Positions 50,126 through 58,295 of a stretch of DNA of 64,000 bases are shown here, piece by piece. The stretch is taken from NCBI GenBank assembly GCA_035455425.1, contig DATIFE010000207.1, positions 5,637 to 69,636 on the forward strand. Direction: 5' to 3'. Numbering within the stretch: the stretch's first letter is position 1; every line of letters starts with the position of its first letter. The notes beneath the pieces are model-generated. The model made no database searches and was not told the origin of the DNA. It saw only the letters and a program-made list of their open reading frames with translations. The stretch is from Anaeromyxobacteraceae bacterium. GTDB lineage: Bacteria; Myxococcota; Myxococcia; Myxococcales; Anaeromyxobacteraceae. A program made the position numbers and the translations under genes.

Positions 50126-51340
50126 CTACTGCGCGGCGGTCTCCACAGCGTAGATCTCCGGGAGGTGCCGCGCCACGCACGTCCAGCGCGCGCCCTCGTC
50201 GCGGCTCGCCCACAGCTCGCCGCTGGTGGTGCCGAAGTACAGGCCGACCGGGTCGTGCGCGTCGGCCGCCATGGCCTGGCGCTTGACCGTCCACCACGCC
50301 TGGCTCCGGGGCAGGCCGGCGTCGAGCCGCCGCCAGGTCTTCCCGCCGTTGCGCGTCACGTAGGCGGCCGCCTTGCCGCCGGGGCTGGTGCGCGGCCAGA
50401 CGCTGGTGCCGTCCATCGGGAACATCCAGGCGGTGTCGCGATCGCGGGGATGCACCACCATCGGGAAGCCGATGTCGCCGACCTTCCCGGGCATGTTCCG
50501 GCCGATGCGCACCCATTCGTCCGACGGGCGGTCGAGCCGGTAGTTGCCGCAGTGGTTCTGCTGGTAGAGGCGGTCCGGGTCGCTGGGGCAGAGGCGGATG
50601 CAGTGCGGATCGTGGAAGTTCAGCTTGGCCGCGTCGAACCCCTCGACCACCTCGAGGCCCTTCACGAGCGGCGTCCAGGTCCTGCCGCGGTCGAGCGACT
50701 CGTGCACCCCGCCGCTCGACATGCCTACGTAGAGGTGGGCGGCGTCGCGCGGGTCGACGATGATCGAGTGGAGCTTGGGCCCGTCCGGCGTGCCGGCCTG
50801 CGGGTCGCTCATCCACTCCAGGTACCCGGGGTGATCGTTCAGGCCGGAGATGGCGTACCAGGTGTCGCCGCCGTCGTCGGAGCGGAAGAGCCCCTGCGGC
50901 GAGGTGCCGGCGTACCAGGCGCCCGGCTCGCTGGCGTGGCCGGGGGTGAGCCAGAAGGTGTGGTCGACGACGCGGCCCCTCTCGCCCTCCGGCGCCTTGG
51001 GAAAGGCGGGCGGCCGCGCCGCCTCCTTCCAGGTCCTGCCGAGATCCGTGGAGCGGAACACGGTCGGGCCGAGGTGGCCGGTCTTGGCCGCCGCCAGCAG
51101 GGTCCGCCCGTCGCGCGGGTCGAGGACCAGGTGGTTGATGACGTTGCCGAGGAAGTGCGGCCCGTCGGCGCGCCAGCTCCTCCGCGCGGAGTCGCCCCGA
51201 TAGAGCCAGGCGCCCTTCCGCGTCGCAACCAGGACCAGCACCCGCCCCCCGCGCTTCCCCGCCCTCGCCGGCGCGGCCGGGCGCCGGCTTCGGGATGCGG
51301 GCTTCTTCCGGGCGGTGGGCATCGGGCTGGCCTCCTGCAA
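50126..51340 (-). CDS. BNR/Asp-box repeat beta-propeller protein (sialidase-fold, function unknown)
   Basis: 404 aa (alternative start ATG 51322). Asp-box-like motifs are STDLGRTW, SDDGGDTW, SLDRGRTW, RNGGKTW and SRDEGARW. Confidence 0.8.
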   Translation of the reverse strand: MQEASPMPTARKKPASRSRRPAAPARAGKRGGRVLVLVATRKGAWLYRGDSARRSWRADGPHFLGNVINHLVLDPRDGRTLLAAAKTGHLGPTVFRSTDLGRTWKEAARPPAFPKAPEGERGRVVDHTFWLTPGHASEPGAWYAGTSPQGLFRSDDGGDTWYAISGLNDHPGYLEWMSDPQAGTPDGPKLHSIIVDPRDAAHLYVGMSSGGVHESLDRGRTWTPLVKGLEVVEGFDAAKLNFHDPHCIRLCPSDPDRLYQQNHCGNYRLDRPSDEWVRIGRNMPGKVGDIGFPMVVHPRDRDTAWMFPMDGTSVWPRTSPGGKAAAYVTRNGGKTWRRLDAGLPRSQAWWTVKRQAMAADAHDPVGLYFGTTSGELWASRDEGARWTCVARHLPEIYAVETAAQ

Positions 51341-51416
51341 GGGTGCTCTGCTCGTGGAGTAGACGACCGAACGCGGCCCGGATCGTCGACCCGTGTGGAG
51401 ATCACCCCATCGGGGA

Positions 51417-52967
51417 TCACCGCGGCGGGCGCCCGGGACCGCCCTGCCGCTGGTACAGGGCCCGCACAGCGGCGATGGTGTCGGCGTCCTCGGCCCGCTT
51501 GTCCTCGCGGTAGCGCTTCACGCGGGCGAACCGGAGGGCGAGGCCGGCCGGGTAGGTCGGGCTCGCCTGGATCCCGTCGAAGGCCACCTCCACCACCAGC
51601 TCGGGCCGGACGTGGACGACATGGCCCTCGTGGCGTGTGCCGAGCGCCCGCAGCTGCTCGGTCTGCCATCCCAGCATGGCGTCGGTCATCCCCTTGAAGG
51701 TCTTCCCCAGCATGGCGAAGCCGCCGGCCTCCGGGTCGCGGGCACCGAGCCAGAGGTTGGAGAGGAGCCCGCGGCGCCGGCCGCTGCCCCACTCCGCCGC
51801 CAGCACGACCAGGTCGAGCGTGTTCGCCCTCTTCACCTTGAGCCAGGCGGCGCCGCGCCGGCCGGCCTCGTACGGCGCGTCGAGCGCCTTGGCGACCACG
51901 CCCTCGTGGCCCCGGTGGAGGGCATCCTCGAAGAAGCCCTCGGCCGCGGCCCGGTCCCCGGTGACGAGGCGCGGGACGAGATGGGCGGGGGGGACGAGCC
52001 GCGCCAGGACCTCCCAGCGCCGGCGGGCGGGCAGATCGAGAAGGTCCTCCCCGTCGGCGTGGAGCACGTCGAAGAAGAAGGCCGAGAGCGGGAGCTCGGC
52101 CACCAGCCGCTCGACGTCCAGCTTGCGGCCGAACCGCTGCATCGTGACCTGGAACGGCTCGGGCGAGCCGTCCGCGCGGAGCGCGATCGCCTCGCCGTCG
52201 AGCACCAGGGTGCGAGCCGGCGCCGCCCGGGCGAGGGCGGCCACCTCGGGGACGGCCGCGGTGACCTCGCGGAGCGAGCGGGAGAAGACCTTCACCACCT
52301 CGCCGTCCCTGTGGACCTGCACCCGGGCCCCGTCGAGCTTCCACTCGAGCGCGGCCTGGCCCAGGGTGCCGAGCGCCTCGCCCACGTCGGCGGCGGGCTG
52401 CGCCAGCATGGGCTGGACCGGCTCGCCCACGCGCAGCCGGAACCGGGCGAGGCCGGCGGCGCCCTCGGCCAGGGCGGCGGCGGCTACCGGCGGGAGCGCC
52501 CCGGCGAGCATCACCGCCCTGCGGACGTCCTCGGCGGGCAGCCCGGCGGCGCGGGAGACGGCCTCGACCAGCACGCCCTCGAGCGCGCCCTGCCGGAGCT
52601 CGCCCAGGACCAGCCGGACGAGGAAGCCGCGCTCGTCCGCGGTGGCCGCGCCGAGCAGGTCGGCCAGGGCGCGGGTGCGTGCGGCGCCGCGGAGGGCGGC
52701 GATGGCCGAGAAGGCCGCATGCACCTCGGCGACGGCCAGCGAGGGCGCGGCGGGCGGGGGAGGGGCCGCCTCGAGCGCGGCGCGGGCCGAGGCATACCCG
52801 ATCCCGATCCGCCCCTGCGGCAGGTCGCCCGCCAGCCAGCTCGCCGCGACGGGCCGCTCCTCGGCGGCCGCGGCCGAGAGCGCGGACGCGAGCAGGGCGA
52901 TCTTCTCCAGCCGGGCCGGGGTGGCGGCGACGTCGCGGGAAACGGCGACGATCTCGGCGAGGCGCAC
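51417..52967 (-). CDS. ATP-dependent DNA ligase (Lig1/LigB-type with N-terminal DNA-binding domain)
   Basis: 516 aa. Motif I is EWKLDGARVQV, motif III LVLDGEAI, motif IV EGVVAK and motif V AWLKVK. An OB-fold C-terminus follows (VVEVAFDGIQASPTYPAGLALRFARV). Confidence 0.9.
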   Translation of the reverse strand: MRLAEIVAVSRDVAATPARLEKIALLASALSAAAAEERPVAASWLAGDLPQGRIGIGYASARAALEAAPPPPAAPSLAVAEVHAAFSAIAALRGAARTRALADLLGAATADERGFLVRLVLGELRQGALEGVLVEAVSRAAGLPAEDVRRAVMLAGALPPVAAAALAEGAAGLARFRLRVGEPVQPMLAQPAADVGEALGTLGQAALEWKLDGARVQVHRDGEVVKVFSRSLREVTAAVPEVAALARAAPARTLVLDGEAIALRADGSPEPFQVTMQRFGRKLDVERLVAELPLSAFFFDVLHADGEDLLDLPARRRWEVLARLVPPAHLVPRLVTGDRAAAEGFFEDALHRGHEGVVAKALDAPYEAGRRGAAWLKVKRANTLDLVVLAAEWGSGRRRGLLSNLWLGARDPEAGGFAMLGKTFKGMTDAMLGWQTEQLRALGTRHEGHVVHVRPELVVEVAFDGIQASPTYPAGLALRFARVKRYREDKRAEDADTIAAVRALYQRQGGPGRPPR

Positions 52968-53063
52968 CCGGGGTTCCTAACCGGGACCCGGGGCCCGGGC
53001 CGCACGCTCCGCGGCCCTGTCGATCTCGCTGACCCTCGCTCGACGCGGGGATAGGAGGAAGGC

Positions 53064-53477
53064 ATGAGCGCACCGAACGTCGTCTCCAGGTGGCCCACCT
53101 GGGCCCCGCGGATCCGGAGCGTGCTCCGCATCGTTTCCGCGTTCATGTTCATGCTGGCCGGAACCATGAAGCTGTTCGCCTTCCCGGCCGGCGTCCCCCC
53201 GCGCGGGGGCACCGTCCCGCTCCTGTCCCAGGCCGGCCTGGCCGGCGGCCTCGAGGTGGTCGGCGGGGGCCTGCTGCTCCTCGGCCTGTTCACCCGCCCG
53301 GCCGCCTTCCTCCTCTCCGGCGAGATGGCCGTGGCCTACTTCCAGTTCCACGCTCCCCGGGGCTTCTGGCCGGTCCTGAACGGCGGCGAGCCGGCGGCGC
53401 TCTTCTGCTTCCTCTGGCTCTACTTCTCGGCCGCCGGCGCCGGGCCGTGGAGCCTCGACGCCCGGCGGGGGAGGTAG
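53064..53477 (+). CDS. DoxX family membrane protein
   Basis: 137 aa. VLRIVSAFMFMLAGTMKLF, GGLEVVGGGLLLLGLFTRPAAFLLSGEMAVAYF and LFCFLWLYFSAAGAGPWSLD form the DoxX pattern. Confidence 0.85.
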   Translation: MSAPNVVSRWPTWAPRIRSVLRIVSAFMFMLAGTMKLFAFPAGVPPRGGTVPLLSQAGLAGGLEVVGGGLLLLGLFTRPAAFLLSGEMAVAYFQFHAPRGFWPVLNGGEPAALFCFLWLYFSAAGAGPWSLDARRGR

Positions 53478-53576
53478 CCGCCCCGCCGGCGGGGGCCGCC
53501 GGCGACATTGCCTCCGCTCCTCGGAGCATGCTGTGCTGCCGCGGGAGGCGCGGCCAGGTCGTCCGCGCCGGGGGGA

Positions 53577-54248
53577 ATGCCGATGCGGGAGCCGCCGCCG
53601 CGAGGACTGCCGGTGTTGCGCCTCTCCCTCCTCCTCCTTGCCGGCTGCCCCTCGCTCCTCACCATGGGCCCGGCGCGCACCGTCCCCCCCGGGAAGGCGC
53701 AAGAGTTCGTCTCCGCGGGGGCCTACCGGGCCACGCTGGTGTCGGGCACCCCCCCGGAGCCGGTCGACCGCAGCGTCGAGTGGATCCCGTTCGCCGAGGC
53801 CGGCGTGCGCTTCGGGCTCGGGGAATCCGTCGATCTCTCGATCCGGGCTGGAACGGGTGGGGGTTCGGTCGGGCCGCGGATCCAGGTCATTCGCTCGGCC
53901 ACCGAGGACTCGGGCGTCGACGTCCTGATCGATCCCAGCGTCGGCTGGACCGGCTTCTTCCCCGGCGACCGCGAGGGCGTGGTCACCGGGATGACCGTGT
54001 CCCTGGCGCTCCCGGTGGGCTGGAACCTCGGCGGCGGCAGCCAGCTGGTCCTGTCGCCGCGGGTGGCCGTGGTGAACGACAGGGCGGTCGGGACCGACGC
54101 CATGGCCGGAGCCTCGCTGGGGCTGGTCCTCGCCCTGGGCACCGGCCCGGCCTCCTGGCTCCTCACCCCCGAGTGCGCCCTGGCGAGCTCGCGGCGAACC
54201 GGAGATCCGGTGCTCCAGTGCGGCCTCGGGCTCTTCTGGCCGCGGTAG
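53577..54248 (+). CDS. hypothetical lipoprotein
   Basis: ATG 53577 or 53583 within ORF 53508..54248. The lipobox is LSLLLLAGC. The mature part is beta-rich and Gly/Val-rich. I recognise no family. Confidence 0.6.
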   Translation: MPMREPPPRGLPVLRLSLLLLAGCPSLLTMGPARTVPPGKAQEFVSAGAYRATLVSGTPPEPVDRSVEWIPFAEAGVRFGLGESVDLSIRAGTGGGSVGPRIQVIRSATEDSGVDVLIDPSVGWTGFFPGDREGVVTGMTVSLALPVGWNLGGGSQLVLSPRVAVVNDRAVGTDAMAGASLGLVLALGTGPASWLLTPECALASSRRTGDPVLQCGLGLFWPR

Positions 54249-54266
54249 CGTCTACAATGCGGCCGC

Positions 54267-54455
54267 GTGGACAAGAAGCGGCTGCCAGACGTGTCGGAGA
54301 CGGGCCGGCGCTACGTCGATCGGACGCGCGGGGGCTGGCTGGTGAGCTCCCCGGTCGAGCGGCACGTCTTCCCCCGCCGCCGGCGCGGCCTGGGAGTGCT
54401 CGTCGTCGTGGCGATCCTCGTCGCCCTGGGGCTCCTGCTCTACTGGCGCTCCTGA
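54267..54455 (+). CDS. hypothetical small single-pass membrane protein (62 aa)
   Basis: It has a GTG start and near-saturated GC3. A basic stretch RRRRG is followed by the TM helix LGVLVVVAILVALGLLLYW. No SD is seen. Confidence 0.5.
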   Translation: MDKKRLPDVSETGRRYVDRTRGGWLVSSPVERHVFPRRRRGLGVLVVVAILVALGLLLYWRS

Positions 54456-55288
54456 CCCGTGGGGGGCTGCGCCGGGCGCAGCACCGATCCGCCGCGCCGC
54501 TGCGCGACGACCTCCCTCCGGACCAGGCTCACGGCCCAGGCGATGACCAGGGCCGAGGTCGCCGCCGCGACGAGACCGCGCGCCGCGGCCGTGGCCGAGA
54601 AGAAGTTGAAGACGACGTGCCACCCCACGGCGAGGAGCACGCTGTCCCTGCAGCGGTGGTAGACGTGCGCCAGGACGACCGAGCCCGCGGCCAGGCCGAC
54701 CAGGAAGCCCAGGAGCAGGAGGGGCGAGAAGGCCCGGTACGAATCGCTGAGGAGGAAGGCCGGCCAGTGCCAGAGCGCCCACAGCGGCGCCAGGACCAGG
54801 CTGGCGGCGAGCGGGGAGAGACGCCGCTCCAGGGCGGGGAGGGCGAAGCCCCGCCAGCCGGCCTCCTCGCCGAAGCCGTTGAAGACCGCGGCCAGGCAGA
54901 TCGCCGGCGGGAGCCCCCACGAGGGAGCGCCCGGGTAGAGCGCGAACCCGGCGAGATCCGGGGCCCGGCCCTCCACCACGGCGGACGCCGCCACCCCCGC
55001 CGCGCCGAAGGTGAGGGGAGTGCCGAGCGCCACCGCGGCAGCGCGCCAGCCGACGCGCCAGCGGAACATCGAGCGCAGCAGGCTGCCGACGCCGGGGCGA
55101 CCGTCGAGCAGGGCCGCGACCGCGAAGGCAGAGAGCATGGGGCCGAGGTGGCCGGCGAGGTAGGCGCTCCCCGCGCCCGGCCGCACGCGGACGCCGGCGG
55201 CCGCCATCGGAATCCAGACCGACCAGGTGAAGAGGTAGGCCAGGCCGAAGAAGAGCGGAAGCCGCCAGCGATTCCCGGGGCGGGGCAC
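54440..55288 (-). CDS. CPBP family (CAAX-type) intramembrane glutamic endopeptidase
   Basis: 282 aa, polytopic. The motifs are NGFGEEAGWRGF (EExxxR) and WHVVFNF (HxxxN/D), plus WALWHWP. Confidence 0.85.
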   Translation of the reverse strand: MPRPGNRWRLPLFFGLAYLFTWSVWIPMAAAGVRVRPGAGSAYLAGHLGPMLSAFAVAALLDGRPGVGSLLRSMFRWRVGWRAAAVALGTPLTFGAAGVAASAVVEGRAPDLAGFALYPGAPSWGLPPAICLAAVFNGFGEEAGWRGFALPALERRLSPLAASLVLAPLWALWHWPAFLLSDSYRAFSPLLLLGFLVGLAAGSVVLAHVYHRCRDSVLLAVGWHVVFNFFSATAAARGLVAAATSALVIAWAVSLVRREVVAQRRGGSVLRPAQPPTGQERQ

Positions 55289-55342
55289 GGGAGGGCAGGC
55301 TACAACGGCGGGGCCGGCTCCGCGACGGCGGGGAGCCGGGCG

Positions 55343-55696
55343 TCAGAGCGCGCCGCCCGGTCCGCCCAGGTGCGGGCGCCCCGGCCTGAGCGGGTTCACC
55401 CACCAGGCGTGCCGGCGGTCCCAGATCGGCAGCAGGAGGAGGTGGTTCTCCCCAGATCCTTCCGTCCGGAGCTCCCGGTCGCCTCCCGCGACCTCCACGG
55501 CCTGGACCAGGGTCGGACACGACGTCCCCGGGATCACCGTCGCCAGCAGGCCGTCGCCGGCGAGCCGGGAGGCCTCGAGCCTGTCGATGACCACGAGCAG
55601 GCCGTGCTCCCGGACGACCAGGCCGGCGATGGCGCCGGCGACCTGGCCCTCGGGGCTGCGGACCGTGCCCACCACCTGTGCGATTGCCACGCCCAT
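55343..55696 (-). CDS. hypothetical protein, possibly PRC-barrel-like
   Basis: ATG 55696 within ORF 55343..55789. VVGTVRSPEGQVAGAIAGLVVREHGLLVVIDRLE resembles the PRC-barrel opening (xVxxxxGxxxGxIxDLvvd). The assignment is weak, and the C-terminus is Gly/Pro-rich. Confidence 0.4.
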   Translation of the reverse strand: MGVAIAQVVGTVRSPEGQVAGAIAGLVVREHGLLVVIDRLEASRLAGDGLLATVIPGTSCPTLVQAVEVAGGDRELRTEGSGENHLLLLPIWDRRHAWWVNPLRPGRPHLGGPGGAL

Positions 55697-55870
55697 GGGC
55701 TCACCGTCGCTGGGGGTTTCCTGCGCGCTGCCCGGGGGGAGTGGCTGCAAGGGGGCGGCCAGGCCGCGGCGCCACCGGCCCGGCCTCATCCCCAGGGGGA
55801 GCGCCGGTTCGGCGGCTCCCCCGGGGCAGGATGTCGCGAGTCCCGGGCCACCCCGGTTCGCGCAGGACCG

Positions 55871-56530
55871 CTACTCGCGGGCGAACTGCTGGGCCAGCTC
55901 CTCGGGGTCGAGGACCACCTTCCAGCTGGCGGCGCCGGCCTTGCCGAGACGCGTCCCCCACTCGCCGAGGCGGCTGCGGTACCCGGCCGGATCGAGGTTG
56001 TCGGCGGCCAGCCGCTTCACGTTGATGGCCGTGACGTCGATGCCGGCCAGCTCGCCGGGGTCCAGGCTGCGGCGGGAGCCGCGCGGCAGCTCCTCCTTCA
56101 TGTCGCTGAAGACCACGATGCTCTTGCGGCCGGCCCGGGTCTCCCGCAGGTACTCGGAGGCCAGGAGCAGGGCGCCGCTGATGTCGGTGTACCGGGCGTG
56201 GGACCGCGCCTGGGCGAAGCGGTCGAGCTTGGCCGCCAGGGCGAGCTTCTGGGCGTTGGCCCGGCTCGGCTGGGAGTCGAGCTCGACGCTCGCCTCCACG
56301 CTGGCCCGGTCGTAGCTCCGCTCCTCGATGCGGATGACGAACAGGCTGTCGCCGGGCCGGAGCCGGGGCAGGAGCCCGCGCTCGACGATGCGCACCGCCT
56401 CCGTCCGCTGGTCGGCGTAGGTGCCGGAGACGTCGATGAGCACGCAGGTGGCGCGGGCATGCGCCCGGCCGTCGCTGCAGGCGCAGGCGAGGAGCAGGGC
56501 CGAGGCGGCCAGGGCGCGCGGCGACGTCAT
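55871..56530 (-). CDS. lipoprotein with von Willebrand factor A (MIDAS)-like domain
   Basis: ATG 56530 overlaps the stop of the upstream gene (ATGA). The lipobox is SALLLACAC. MIDAS-like elements are VLIDVSGTY (DxSxT), YTDISGAL and SIVVFSDMKEE. 219 aa. Confidence 0.7.
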   Translation of the reverse strand: MTSPRALAASALLLACACSDGRAHARATCVLIDVSGTYADQRTEAVRIVERGLLPRLRPGDSLFVIRIEERSYDRASVEASVELDSQPSRANAQKLALAAKLDRFAQARSHARYTDISGALLLASEYLRETRAGRKSIVVFSDMKEELPRGSRRSLDPGELAGIDVTAINVKRLAADNLDPAGYRSRLGEWGTRLGKAGAASWKVVLDPEELAQQFARE

Positions 56531-58017
56531 CGGTTCACCTTGACCGGGCCGGTGCGATCGGCCGGGTTGCGGATGGCCGCGGCTCCCAGGGGGTGGAAGC
56601 CCTCGGGTCCGCGCGCCCGGACCAGGCGCTCGAGCTGCAGCGGGACGATGATGTAGATGTCGTAGACGTGGGTCAGGGCGCCGGCGAGGGTCCGCGCCCC
56701 GTGGCCCAGCAGCCGGAGGAGCACCCCGGCGCCGCGGACGGCGAGCGCCAGCGCCCGGCCCAGCACGTGCCGGCCGCTCTCCACCAGCATCTCCAGCGGC
56801 ACCGCGATCATCGCCAGGATCCACGGCAGGATGAAGCCCAGCACCGCCTGGCCGATCATGGGGATGCGGGAGAGGAGCGGGGCGGCCACGGTCTCCTTGC
56901 CCCGGATCGCCTCCCCGGCCAGGGCCAGGGCCAGGGCCTTGTCGGCATCCAGGAGCTGCTCGCGCAGCACGGCCAGCGAGGCCTCGATGCAGGCCAGCAG
57001 GGCGAGCCCGGTCAGCGCCACCCCGAAGACGATGCGGCGGCGCGAGGGCGCGATCCCGGCGAGGCGGGGGAAGAGGTGGGTGATGCCCAGGGTCTCCATG
57101 ACGAAGATCCCGGCCGCGACCTCCATGAGCACGATCACCAGGGCGGCGATGGTGGAGATGGGCATGCCCAGCACGTAGGCGCCGCCGGGGACCAGCTCCG
57201 ACATGGGCCGGGCGATGAGCTGGAAGTTGACCAGGCCGCCGAAGCCGGCGACCGAGACCACGAAGAGGGAGATGACGAAGAGGTTGAGAGCGCTCGCGCC
57301 CAGCACGCGCTCGACCGCGGCCTCGCCGGCGCGGATCTTCTCGTACCGCTCCATGTAGCCGTCGATGCGGCTCGAGGCGTCGAGGACCCCGGTCGCCACC
57401 CGGTGCACCTCGCCCAGCAGCCCCCGGATGACCTTCCAGGTGGCGGCGCCCTGGGCCAGGATCCGGTGGCGCCGGGCGGTGGCCTCCCGGTAGTCGGCCA
57501 GGGCCTTCTTGTCGGCGGCCTGGGCCGAGCGGTGGATCTCCTCCAGAACCTTCTGCACGGTGCGGTCCCCGGCCCTGGGCATGCCGGCCACGGCCTGCAC
57601 CGCCTCGGGCCACCCGGGGGCCTCGGGCGGCACCAGGCTCGAGGCCGCGAGGTCCTCCTCGACCCGCTTCACGCACTCGTCGAGCCGGCGGTGGAGCTCG
57701 GGGTACTGCTTGAGGTCCGTGGTGAAGGTGGTGGCCAGCCGGGTGAACTCGCGCTGCAGCTTGGCCTCGGCCTCGAGCCGGCCGGCCTCGAGCAGGACCT
57801 CGCGGTTGCGCGACCGGAGATCCTCGGAGGCGCTCGCCGCCGAGCGCGCCGCGATGCGCAGGCCTCCGCCCACGGCGCTGCCCAGCTTGCGCAGCAGGCG
57901 GTGCATGGGGACGCGCGCGGCGTAGAGGAGCAGCTGGGTGACGAGCCAGAGGGCGAGCAGCGAGAGCGCCGGACTGTCGGGCCACAGGTACAGGCTTTTC
58001 ATGATGGGCGGCATCAT
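56527..58017 (-). CDS. hypothetical polytopic membrane protein with ~200-aa cytoplasmic coiled-coil insert
   Basis: 496 aa. An N-terminal TM segment (LSLLALWLVTQLLLYAA) is followed by a charged helical region (EAGRLEAEAKLQREFTRL...KKALADYREATARRHR). At least four TM helices follow (LNLFVISLFVVSVAGFGGLV, ISTIAALVIVLMEVAAGIFVM, IVFGVALTGLALLACIEASLAVL, AVLGFILPWILAMIAVPLEML). I recognise no family. Confidence 0.75.
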   Translation of the reverse strand: MMPPIMKSLYLWPDSPALSLLALWLVTQLLLYAARVPMHRLLRKLGSAVGGGLRIAARSAASASEDLRSRNREVLLEAGRLEAEAKLQREFTRLATTFTTDLKQYPELHRRLDECVKRVEEDLAASSLVPPEAPGWPEAVQAVAGMPRAGDRTVQKVLEEIHRSAQAADKKALADYREATARRHRILAQGAATWKVIRGLLGEVHRVATGVLDASSRIDGYMERYEKIRAGEAAVERVLGASALNLFVISLFVVSVAGFGGLVNFQLIARPMSELVPGGAYVLGMPISTIAALVIVLMEVAAGIFVMETLGITHLFPRLAGIAPSRRRIVFGVALTGLALLACIEASLAVLREQLLDADKALALALAGEAIRGKETVAAPLLSRIPMIGQAVLGFILPWILAMIAVPLEMLVESGRHVLGRALALAVRGAGVLLRLLGHGARTLAGALTHVYDIYIIVPLQLERLVRARGPEGFHPLGAAAIRNPADRTGPVKVNR

Positions 58018-58295
58018 GTTGGCCAGCCGTGTGGGGATTCAAACCACCGGAACCGCCTTGCCGGGAATCCACGGGTTGGCCTCTGCGGCCGGGGATCCCC
58101 CAGGCCATCCCGCCATGCTGCGCTGCGTCGCGTGGGCGGAACGCGCACAGCGGTACTTGCGGGAGTACCCGGAACCAATGGTCTTTGGCTGCCTACCCCA
58201 CGATCGTGTGACCCACGATCGAGGGGTAAAGGGAGCGTCGCCGGGCCTCTCGCCCTGCGGCGCGGTGCAGCGAACTCAACGTGGAGGAAGACAGC

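Noticed and set aside
51417-52967. DNA ligase as part of an NHEJ (Ku/LigD) or mobile-element module.
   Set aside because: No Ku gene is present, there are no LigD polymerase or nuclease domains, and no integrase or transposase lies in the flanks.
58018-58060. tRNA-like T-arm (gtggggattcaaaccacc), considered as a tRNA gene or tRNA-fragment att site.
   Set aside because: Only a 4-bp stem with a 9-nt loop can be drawn. The GTTCRANNC T-loop consensus is absent. The required upstream 50 nt would lie inside the 56527..58017 coding region, and no acceptor or anticodon arms can be folded. No integrase or repeat partner is nearby.
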